This document shows positions 52,256-64,000 of a stretch of 64,000 nucleotides of DNA, in pieces; positions within the stretch are counted from its first letter, which is position 1, and each line of letters starts with the position of its first letter. Below the pieces are notes generated by a model. The model worked only from the letters and a program-made list of their open reading frames with translations. It made no database searches and had not been told where the DNA came from. The stretch is taken from NCBI GenBank assembly GCA_964016885.1, contig OZ024741.1:186496001-186560000 (forward strand), given 5' to 3'. This stretch comes from Eledone cirrhosa (Eukaryota). The position numbers and the translations under genes were made by a program.

Positions 52256-54235
52256 CTAAGAGAGAGAGAGGGAAGGTTTACTTACCTCCCGGGTCTTGTG
52301 AAGGTCGGGTGGTTCGACCTCCATGGTTGGTGGGGTTTCTTTTGGGAACCCCTTTAAAAGTCTTGATGTGGGTTTCACATTCGGGTTTCCCACGTCTTGA
52401 GGAAAGCTCTCTCGAATTTCTTTGAAAGAATTGAGTGACATTCGGACCAGAAGCAAATCTTCTGGCACGCAAAATGTGCTCATTTCAAAAATCTCCCCCT
52501 CTGTTTGAATGTCCTCGCTTCGCGCTAAGAGGGCCATCAGTTTATCGTTGGCCCTTCTGACAAGCACGAAGTTTTTAACATTTTGTTGGTGTGGTTTTAT
52601 TTGTTTTCGTTTTGGTGAAGGTGGTGGCGATGGTTTTGGTGGTGTTGTTTCGGGTATGTCTATGTTTGTTGTAGGTGTGGTGTCTGCAATTTCAGGTATT
52701 TGTGTGTTTATTTGTACTTGTGTTTGTTTAGGTTGTTTGCGTTTCGGGGATTGTGGAGGTGGTGTCGATGTTGCTGATGGTGCTGATGTTATTGGGGAAG
52801 TGTCTGCGTTAGTGGTGTCTGTATTTTTTGTTGTGTGTGTTTTTGTGTTTTGTAGGGGCTTTTTTTGTGTGAGTTTTCTCTGTTTTTTTGCACTTTTGGG
52901 TTTTCCTTCATCTTCGCTGCTGGAAGACAAAGGGTCTGTGTCTGTGAGTGTCTCTGTGTCTGTGTGTGCGTTTATTTTTTTTTTTGTCTATGTATATAGT
53001 TGGGGGGTAGGGGGAGTGGGAGAGCTTTCCTCGTTTTCTCCTTGGATTGGTTTTGGTGTTTGTGCTGATCCGGCTGCTTTTGATGTTGGTGTCCGTGTTT
53101 TTGTTGATGTTGTTTTTGGTGGTGGTGGTGGTGCAGCTTTCCGTGCTGACACTGGCGTTGGCAACAAAGGAGGTTTGCGACCCCCTGCATTTTTGCGCTG
53201 AGGGCAGAAGGCTTGAAGATGCGTGGCTTCCCCGCAAACAAAGCAGCGTGGCCTTCTTCCGTCAATCATTAGTTGGATTGTTGTCCCGTCCTGCAGGCGG
53301 GCAAAATCTGGGATGTTATTTATATCCTCCGGTTTCATTTGGAGAAGAATCTCCAAATCCATTCCGGACCAGTCTTCTCTCTCTGTCCTTTTGATGTCCA
53401 GGAGGGTGGTGTCTGTCCCCTCCTCGATTACGCATCCCAGCAGCCACCATATGTTCATTCCTGGTGGGATGCTGGGAATGCGTACCTTCACTGTCCTTTT
53501 ACCCATATAGGACGGATGCATGATAATGCGTTCCGTTCTGCAGGGGATCACCGAGTGCTTAATAGCGAGGGCCTCGGATTTGAACAGTACCGAGATGGTA
53601 CCGAACTGTTTGCCTCTTGCTTTGTACTCTATGTTACTTCCGATGTACTCCAACGCAGCCTCTACCTCTGCTTGGCTCGCAAGTTCCACTTTTCGTGTCT
53701 GCACCGAAATACATCGAAAGAGCACCGTCCTCCTTTGCATGGCCGCTATTGCCTCGTCCGGGATGGTCAGGTTTGCCCAGGACTTCTCCCGTTTAATTAG
53801 CCTCCACGCTTTGGCTAACTGTTCGTCTTTATCGCTAATATCAATATCGATATTCAATAAGCGCTTTGTTTTTGCTGCTGCTGCTGCTGCAAATGTGGTG
53901 TTTCTGATGCTCTTATTGTTGTTGTTGTCATTCTTGCTGTTGCCACCGCCATCCTTGTTTACATTGAAGCTGTCGGTGTTTTTGCTCTGAGTTGTTGTTG
54001 TTGTTGTTGTGGTGGTGGTGGTGGTGGTGGTGGCGGTGGTGGTGATGTCGTTTTCAGATGATACTGCTGCTATGCCAGAATATTGTGATGGTAGCTTTTT
54101 AGTTTTGCCTTCACATTCAGTAGAGTGGATGACAGGTATGACTGTAGCCGTCGTAGTCGTGGTGAAATCTGCAGTGGCTGCCTTTAAACTTTTGACCTGA
54201 ACGTTGTTTACCGTTTCAAGGTCGAAAATTTCCAT
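52256..54235 (-). pseudogene. LINE B ORF1 in two frames (52988-54235, 52256-52930)
   Basis: CFVCGEATHLQAFC knuckle; core homologous to A ORF1; break near the T-run ~52974-52985. Confidence 0.88.
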
Positions 54236-54487
54236 AATTTTCTTTTGGTGGGGAACGATTTTTTTCGAAGATTTTAAAAATAAATCTGAATATTCGGGCT
54301 TAAAGCCCGAATATTGAGAGGTATCCCTCTCTTTAAATCAAGATGTGTACCTTAAGTTTCGTTAATGACAAGAAAATACAAAAAAAAGACACTTTAAAAC
54401 AGCTTAGAGCTACGAACCGTTTCCCCCGCAGACTTGTCTGTCTTCACACATGTGCGGCCAAAGGAAGAAGAAATAATAATAATAATA

Positions 54488-55294
<807 letters not shown>

Positions 55295-55298
55295 ATAT

Positions 55299-56690
55299 AG
55301 TAATAATAATAAATTTGAAGGCTAAAATCCAAAGAGGGCTCGATAAGGATAAATATATATCAAATATATAAGAACCGTAGAGCAGATATTTATTAAAATA
55401 ACAGATTAAAGTTTAAGCAAAGAATCGCTGCTTTCACCCTTAACGGGATCTTCTGAAACTAACAAAGTCAATCTGTAAACGCAGAACTGGATATTTCAAA
55501 AAACGTTGCAACCCGAGGAAGACAGGAAGACGATACTTTGGTTCGTGGAAACGTTCGCTGGCAAAGAACGGGAAAGAACGAATAATACGTCATTAATAGG
55601 AGCGGTGAAAAACAATTACGCGCAAAGACAGAACCACGTTTATGGTATAAAATAGATCGTAGACTAATCTTCTCTTAGGTGGTGCATAGAGACGTTCTCT
55701 GGCAATGAACGAAAAAAACGAAGATAATACGTCAATGTGGAGCGTGGAGAACAATAGCACACAAAGACAAAACCACATAAATGGTATAGCAGAAGTCGTG
55801 GACTAAAATTCTAACTAGGAGACCAAATGAATCTCCGCTACAGAGTTAAGAACAAAGTAAATAAATACAATACAGAAGTAATAGAAATAAATAAATACAT
55901 ACACGCAAACAAATACGTACATACACAAGCATACGCAAAACCTTACCATAGGTATACAAAACCACGAACATATAAATATTTTTTGTGTGTGTATGCGTGT
56001 ATACAAATAAATAATTATATAAACGTATATAAATAAATACATACGTATATAACAAGCGCACATACATACCTATATATAAATACACGAATGTTCGGAGACG
56101 TAAGTGAACTAAAACAAGAAATACACATATACACACACCCACCATACGTACGAACCTGCATACTCACACAGACGCGAAACTCCCGTATTCACATAGCCAA
56201 ACCCTATGTACCAGAATATATAAAAAATTATACGCCATAACAATCAAATATACGTACGAGAAGGTATACGTACCTTCACAAAACATACGGGTAATATATA
56301 CTTACCTATGCAAATAAGTAAAGGAATAAACAAAACATATACTTAGCTCCCACATCAAGACGTAAAATATCCACGGATAGATCGTACTATCCGTTAGGGT
56401 ATAACGTGGGGCTGTAATACAGGAAAGTTTTGTGCAATTTATGTTTACAAGCCGAAATTGCCTCAGATTTTTTGTTTAAGATGTGGTCTGTGGCGTAGAG
56501 TATCCCGTTCTTTGCCAGGGAACGTTTCCACGAACCAAAGTATCGTCTTCCTGTCTTCCTCCGGTTGCAACGTTTTTTGAAATATCCAGTTCTGCGTTTA
56601 CAGATTGACTTTGTTAGTTTCAGAAGATCCCGTTAAGGGTGAAAGCAGCGATTCTTTGCTTAAACTTTAATCTGTTATTTTAATAAATAT
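55299..56690 (-). mobile_element. Short 5'-truncated PLE family Y copy with inverted pLTR
   Basis: 3' pLTR/UTR, last codons of the ORF (LNKKSEAISACKH) to ~56502, then 56503-56690 inverting 55385-55572. Confidence 0.9.
56616..56666 (+). ncRNA. Candidate variant hammerhead (CAGAAGA core), inverted arm
   Basis: agttt-CAGAAGA-tccc gttaa gggt-GAAA-gcagcgattctttgc-TT-aaact; also at 55410-55460 and 27883-27932 on the minus strand. Confidence 0.6.
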
Positions 56691-56737
56691 ATATATATAT
56701 ATATATATATAAATATATGTACGTAGACATGCATATA

Positions 56738-57211
56738 CACATACATACATACATATATAGATACATACATACATACATACATACATACATACATACATAC
56801 ATACATACATACATACATACATACATACATACATACATACATACATACATACATACATACATAGTAGCTGCCAACCCGTTTTCGAGTACGGCCACTACTT
56901 TATATCCATGTAAGAGAACCCCTACCGATGCGCTGAACGAGTGTGACTTTTTAGTGCAGCCAGCGACTTGAAAACTCTGGTACAAACACTACACTTGTGA
57001 CAATTATTGACACATAGTGCTGGGCCCATGTTACCATGTGATGACAAGTGCAGAGAGATCTCCAGATATAAAGCAATGCCTGTGCCGTGAAGCTTTTATA
57101 GTGAGCAAAGGCACTGCACAAATCCAGTCCCACATACATACATACATACATACATATCCCACAAACATACATACATACATACATACATACATACATACAT
57201 ACATACATACA

Positions 57212-57244
<33 letters not shown>

Positions 57245-57275
57245 GCGTGCATGCATGCATACATGCATACGTACA
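56738..57275. repeat. Two (TACA)n tracts (56738-56862, 57133-57275)
   Basis: Directly visible. Confidence 0.9.
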
Positions 57276-57614
57276 TTGGAACATTTTGCTGGACTTTCAA
57301 TAGCTGATACTTTCTACTGATTGTATTCCTGGTACGAGGCATGCAGGATAAGATACCAGATGCCGGACTAGAGGTCAAACCATTTAATCCGATTTCCTAA
57401 GGAATACGCGTATTTACGTTTGATTATTAAGAAATTTAACAGAAAATATGACAAAAAATATAACATTTTCGTTTCATAGCTGTACCCAACATTTTCTGCT
57501 TAAATTTGAAATCTACTTATAAGGTGCACATGAGTTGTGGGCTACTTGTTTCTACTACATTGTTACAGTAGTATAGAACATTTGTAATTTCCGAAATTAC
57601 AGTGTTTCTTTTAT

Positions 57615-57805
57615 TGGTGGATTGGCAGTATCGGTAGAGGGTCGGATGTCATGCTTTGACGCATAGAGTTACGGCCTTTGTCATTCTGAGTTCAAATCCC
57701 GCCGAGGTTAACTTTGCTTTTCATCCTTACAGGGTCGATAAAATAAAGTACCAGTAATGCACTGGTTAATTGCTGGCCTTGTGCTAAAAGTAGAAACAAT
57801 TATTA
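57615..57805 (+). mobile_element. Full-length tRNA-derived SINE
   Basis: A-box tggcagtatcgg, B-box gagttcaaatcc, shared core, tail ggccttgtgctaaaagtagaaacaattatta. Confidence 0.92.
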
Positions 57806-57887
57806 ATTTAGTACTTTTGATTATACATTTGTGGCTCATTAGCGGAAATCAATATTATTTGACACTGGACTAAATATTATATGAAGT

Positions 57888-58612
57888 ATTCTTCTTTGAT
57901 CTTCTTCGAGGGGACTGAGGTCATTCTAGGTCAGCGTTCACAGATGAGTCATCGTGCGTAGATTCATCCAAGCCGACCCGTGCGCTCCATCGCTTGCCCT
58001 CCCATGCCAACCACTCTGCGTCCTTTAAGGTGACGTCGAGCTTCTGGAGAACTTCCTTAATCACATCCAGCCGTCTGGATTTGGGTCTGCCATTAGGCCT
58101 CTTCCAGCCCGCAGCTACTGTATCGAACTTGAATCAGGCACTAGTAGGATGATCTGGGGGAGGAGGGAGGAGGGAGGAGAAGGACGTGTTCATCCCAGCG
58201 TATGCTGTGGATGGCTGCGGATTGATTCGTGCTTGCATGCAGCTCTTTGTTGGAAACCTGGTGGTACCACCTGATGTTTCCGATGGTCCTCAAGGCTCTG
58301 CTATTGAAACTCTCGTCGAAGAAGACAGAGATGTAGTATATTCGAAGCTTTGACTTCCGGGAGATAGAGCAGGGGTGCCAAGGGGGCTTCCAGGGGAAGT
58401 GCATTACCCCGGTGACCAGATTATGCTGGTGGTTGATCTCCGGATTCAGGTTTACAATTTTGGTGAATGTGGATCCTAGCTGACAAACACCATGACGTCG
58501 GTGCCGATGTGAAGTGGGGGTCATCTCCGACATGCACGCAGTTTCGGCACTATAGAGCAATTGGATTAGGTTGGTGATCTTGGGAGGAGCGCCGATGAGC
58601 TTGAGGATTTCC
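57888..58612 (-). mobile_element. Internally deleted RTE-clade LINE 3' fragment
   Basis: GC-rich; GAPPKITNLIQLLY, RALRTIGNIRWYHQVSNKEL, IRW..HVL, KRPNGRPKSR.LDVI motifs typical of RTE ORF ends. Confidence 0.75.
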
Positions 58613-60708
58613 TAGGCAATTTTCCAGTAAAATGTGTTAAACCTGTTTGAAACCGAGTAGTTCACCCAAACGCCTGTAGCTTGTCACGCTTCGTTGGAAA
58701 CGTTAAGAAACGGTCTAATATCTATAGTATTCGGTGAAAAGTGGAATAAACAAATGTTGACATCCATCACAAGGTCCAGAATGTTTGAAGAACATTATAT
58801 AAAAAGATGAATATTCGCAAAATATATTGTAATATAGATGAGTACGTGAAAATTTAGAGGCATTTACCCTCTAAAATATTTCTCTCAAAATAGGACAAGA
58901 AGGTTCTAGAGTCTAACGCACAATAGATCAATCCATATTCTCGGTTGGTGTAAGTGTTATGTGAGACTTCAAGCTTATCGTTATTTTGCGCTAAGAGTAA
59001 TGAAAGGTGTCTCCAAATCTAGTCAGCCTGTTATATGGAAGTCACACAGCAAAGCTTGGTTTACACTGAAATGTATTACTGAATTGGTTACGGAAAATTC
59101 TATTCTGCTATCAATTTTATCTTGAGGATAAATTTTAACCGAAGGCATTTCTGCTTTTGAGCTATGCCTTTTGTCATACAATAAATCTCAATTCATTCCG
59201 AAGTCGTTTTGATTCCTCTAAACAGAATTTAATCATGGTAGCTAATTAGAGAGTCACTGTTTACAAGGCATATTATCTTAGAACTTTAAGTCAGTTGATT
59301 ACAGCAACTGATGATAAGCGTCATTCCATGGACAAATATTGGGAATATGACAACGTTAGGCTAACAATAAACATAATAAAGATGTCTGAGAAAAGTTAAA
59401 CAAATATATCTTATAGATGATCAGAAAAACTGCGTCGAAATGTATTTCAAAAGAACCATGATATAGAAAACGAAACAATTTCAGCGAAAGAAATATTTGA
59501 AGATGTCTATGAAGAGATATTAGAGATTTATTGAAGGCTGATAAGTAGGCACTCGCCTATGTTGACATCACGTATTGGAAGTACTTTAAGTATCTAGTTC
59601 AGATGGTGAAGGGTTTTAACAATCAGCTTTAACAGTGAATCTATCTAATACTGAAATATTTCCTGTTCTAGAGCGAATGTTATGAATCCATCTATATTTT
59701 TGACGATGCATGAGTGTTCAAAGAATTTTAAAGGTAGCGCTAAGTTTTTATACAGAAGTATTATTGAATTGTAAGCAGAACCCTAATCAATCAGCCCTTG
59801 AAACATATTGTAAGAAATCATTAATCGAACAGAACCAGTAGTCTCATTGTTTCATACTTTTCCTGTTGCATATATTAATGAAAATGTGTATTTTTATTTA
59901 ATACATATAATTGTTTTCAAAAGATAGTTTCTATATATGTAGAGTAAAGTAAGCCTACTTTATAATAAGTATTCGAATATTTCTTATCAAATGAAATTTC
60001 ATATAGCAGAGCAGCAGAGTGAAAAAAAGTGAAGCATGTTAACTACATTAATCTAAGTATATATATAAAGTTAGTTCCACAACAAATTAGCAAACCATAC
60101 AGTATATATAATTCTCTTTGCTATATTTATGCTGACTATTTCATTTCCCTTTCTCACACACTCACTCCATCTAAATTTTGACGAAGAAACAAAACTAAAA
60201 CTCACAAAGTTACGTGTAAAAACACCGTTAATTCCCGGAGATGCAGGAAGTTATTTCCGAGATAACTGCCTAACTTAACACTGCGCCACATATCGGTGAA
60301 TTATTAATGTAGTCTTGTGACAAAATTACTTCCGATGCGACCGACGTATTGGTATGATTGGTGGTGGGTCGGTCGGTCAGTGTGTTCGTCTCTGTCACAG
60401 CCGACTTCAGTAGACATCAAGTTAACACCGCAGGGCGAAGTGTTGTGTCAACGTCTCTTTGACTCACTCCTTACAAGCGCAATCTATGATACGTTCGTCA
60501 ATTATTCACGTTCCTTCTGCAAATGTTATGGCCGCCAAGAAAATTCGTCAGCGTAAAAATCTTGACAGGAAACACAATAGGTTCATATTGTAAACTAAAT
60601 TGCCAGGTAATTACATCTTTATGTCTGCATACATCGATTTCTTTGTTTTTCGAGTGGATGTATATGCCTCTTTGTCTGTCTTTCTGCCTGTTTATCTGTC
60701 TGTCTGTT

Positions 60709-61348
60709 TGTATGTATGTATGTTTCTATGTATGTATATATGTATACTTCTATGTATTTATGTATGTTTCTATGTATGTATGTATGTATGTATATTTCTA
60801 TGTATGTATGTATGTTTCTATGTATGTATGTATGTATGTATGTATATTTCTATGTATGTATGTATGTTTCTATGTATGTATGTATGTATGTATGTATGTA
60901 TGTATGTATGTATGTATATTTCTATGTATGTATGTATGTATGTATGTATGTATGTATGTATGTATGTATGTATATTTCTATGTATGTATGTATGTTTCTA
61001 TGTATGTATGTATGTATGTATGTATGTATATTTCTATGTATGTATGTATGTTTCTATCTATGTATGTATGTATGTATATTTCTATGTATGTATGTATGTT
61101 TCTATGTATGTATGTATGTATGTATGTATGTATGTATGTATGTATGTATATTTCTATGTATGTATGTATGTTTCTATCTATGTATGTATGTATGTATGTA
61201 TATTTCTATGTATGTATGTATGTATATTTCTATGTATGTATGTATGTATGTATGTATGTATGTATGTATGTATGTGTGTGTGTTTCTATGTATGTATATA
61301 TGTATCTTTCTATGTATGTATATATATATATATATGTTTATATGTATG
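60709..61348. repeat. (TATG)n minisatellite with recurring TTTC/TATTTC interruptions
   Basis: Directly visible; source of MYVC-repeat ORFs. Confidence 0.95.
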
Positions 61349-61674
61349 TTTATTAATTTGAATGCTGCTGTGTGTCATGACTGTGCATGTATATACGCAC
61401 CATATGAAATGTGCATGCATGCATAGTTATCTGGACGTGTATTATAATGGATGCTAATTTGAGAGCAGAATAATTGTGTATGATGGTGCCGTAGTGTGAA
61501 ACGTTTCAGCTTATATATACAGATACGTGTGTGTGTGTCGCAAGTATATGTATTGATATACACACACGGAAACACTCACACATGCTCACAAACACACACA
61601 CATACACACACACTAACACACACATATATATATATATATATATACGTATATATTGATAGATATACATACACACA

Positions 61675-61708
<34 letters not shown>

Positions 61709-61712
<4 letters not shown>

Positions 61713-61802
61713 GTGTCCCAAAAATGATACACACGTCAACAGCGTTGTAATAAATATTGACTGTGCAGGTAATCAATGTGTGTATACATGTTTTGGGAGG
61801 CC

Positions 61803-61805
<3 letters not shown>
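61709..61805. mobile_element. 97-bp Tc1/mariner-type MITE in (TA)n
   Basis: ta|cagagtgtcccaaaaatgatacacac ... gtgtgtatacatgttttgggaggccctg|ta imperfect TIRs. Confidence 0.7.
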
Positions 61806-61886
<81 letters not shown>

Positions 61887-61961
61887 ATGTGTGTGAGTGT
61901 GTATGCGTGTGTGTTTGTGAGTGTTTCCGTGTGTGTATATTGATAGATATACATACACACA

Positions 61962-61999
<38 letters not shown>

Positions 62000-63119
62000 G
62001 AGAGAGAGAGAGAGATTATAACGTGGTTTGTTGCCACAGGTTTATGTTCCTGGCCTTCAATTGACTGGTACTGTTTATTTTTAAATCTTCTCTTACATAC
62101 ATCATTGATATAACAATGTGACATTGAAACATAATTTGGTCTTATAATAAAGTTTAAACATATGGTAATCTTGTGAGAAAGCGCGCAAAAAAAATAATTA
62201 AATGGCAAAATTACGCAAAATAACTTAAGATTCGTATAGAATTCAGTTGAACAGTAATTATAATGAGTTAATATTTTTGTAAAGCCATTTTTTTTGTACC
62301 TGATTCCAAATATGTTATAAAGTTCTGGTGAATAAGATTGATATATATTGGCCACCCCAACCTAGTTATCATGTTTCCTGTATCTCTGACCACGCGAGTC
62401 ATATTATTTTTTTTTTATTGTATGTCGAACGTTACATATGATTCACACATGATTGGCTCAAAGTCTTTATCGATCTTGATAGACCTGATCTATTATCTAT
62501 TATCGAGTTGCCCACCTGACGTGTGGACTCAAATAAAAATATTTTCATCTCTTGATAAGCAGATCGATAATGCAGTTATGTCTTTCAACGTCGATAAAGA
62601 CCTCGAGCCCATCCTCTGTGAAATATATGTAATGTTTGATATGCAATAAAAGCATTTTAAGATAAAACTTAGTTATCTCATACATAATATATACAATCCG
62701 CTATAGCATCGTGTGCTCAAAATGGTGTCATCTCCAAAATCAACAACATTACTGAATAACCTACATGGGTTTGAGTGCGCGCGCGTGTTTGTGTGTGTGT
62801 TCGCGTGTGTGTGTGGGTGTACGTGTGTGTGTCTGTGTGTGTGTGGGTGGTATTTACGTTGGAATAATTGGGGAGTTGCAACCGAAAAGTGTTGGAATGA
62901 CATCTGAAGTTTTGGCACTCAGTTGGTATTAGTTGTTCTAGGAACGGTGTGCAATGTTATTACAACTGACATATGTGTAGGTATAGCCAGCCTGTAATTA
63001 GGCGTCATCTCATAAGTGATCTATTGAGAAATTTAATTATATAATATATACATATATATCCATTTAAGGAATTACCTCTTGAAAAGTTCGGTTATTTATT
63101 TACCACGCTAAAAATTCTA

Positions 63120-63376
<257 letters not shown>

Positions 63377-63464
63377 GAGAGACACACACACACAGACATA
63401 TACACACGTGTTCATATACACATCTATTTATCTGTCTATATATTACTCTTCATCTTCCCTTTCT

Positions 63465-63527
<63 letters not shown>

Positions 63528-64000
63528 GTATATATATTCACACACACACACGCATACACACAGACACACACACACACACACATACACACATACACACATA
63601 CACACATACACACATATATATAACAATAGTGGTAATATTGAAAGATCATGTGATCAATGTAATTTATATGGAATAAAAAATTAAACTTTCATTAAAAGCA
63701 ACCGGTGTGTCGTACGAATGCAGGTGCACGAAATTAATTTAAATAATTAATAGAGAAAATGAAGACGTGTAAGACTATTTATCAAGGAGAAACAATTATT
63801 GCTCAGATTATAATATATAGTCATATCTCTATTTATTAATAATAATCATTAAGCGAAATTTGTACTGTCTTTATTTTATATATGCAAGACAAATAAAATG
63901 TCTTAATTTTCTTCACCTTACTTTTCTATTTATTATCATTATATATACTAGCAGAAAAACCATTCTCGGGTGGTTTTCTGCTAGCATGTGTAGTGTGTAT

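Larger units (their letters stand above)
48542..54471 (-). mobile_element. Full-length Tx1/L1-type LINE (element B), lightly frameshifted
   Basis: Same organisation as A; 9-nt ORF1-ORF2 spacer; 3' end AATAAAtgaaatc(ATT)n; (ATT)n also at the 5' end. Confidence 0.95.

Noticed and set aside
42698-54200. Plus-strand ORFs overlapping the LINEs (and those over the CRE element at 15017-17762)
   Set aside because: Antisense shadows of GC-rich coding sequence.
58850-59850. Possible decayed hAT transposase (EIFPVLERML-like remnant); similar hints at ~12900-14010 and ~39000-39800
   Set aside because: No continuous frame or TIR visible; needs a translated HMM search.
60230-60520. CpG-containing unique stretch as possible host promoter or exon
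   Set aside because: No supportable splice structure or ORF homology from sequence alone.
63947-63985. Short palindrome ctagcagaaaa...ttttctgctag
   Set aside because: Isolated at the window edge; could be a transposon end but there is no corroborating context.

Overview
This is a eukaryotic, AT-rich, microsatellite-dense window made up almost entirely of repeats; no host protein-coding exon can be supported. The tRNA-headed SINE family and abundant (TA)n/(CA)n tracts suggest an octopus or other coleoid genome (inference). Contents: (i) Penelope-like elements (PLEs; RT + GIY-YIG) of two clades, all with inverted pseudo-LTRs; (ii) two head-to-tail Tx1/L1-type LINEs bounded by (ATT)n, one with both ORFs intact; (iii) a degenerate CRE-type RT+RLE retrotransposon, RTE fragments, SINEs and small MITEs. 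The main signal is about 20 type-I hammerhead ribozyme (HHR) motifs in about ten unrelated repeat families, mostly inserted into (TA)n. They include two non-coding tandem arrays with one HHR per unit (481 bp and ~490-590 bp; retrozyme-like, predicted circular RNAs) and several 0.2-0.75 kb fold-back mini-elements with an HHR in each arm. They also include non-canonical cores: CAGAAGA instead of CUGANGA, and an extra base or whole extra hairpin after A9. Nearly all insertions share an asymmetric long-arm/short-arm inverted architecture that points to a two-site priming mechanism. All structures were folded by eye and coordinates are approximate to a few bases.
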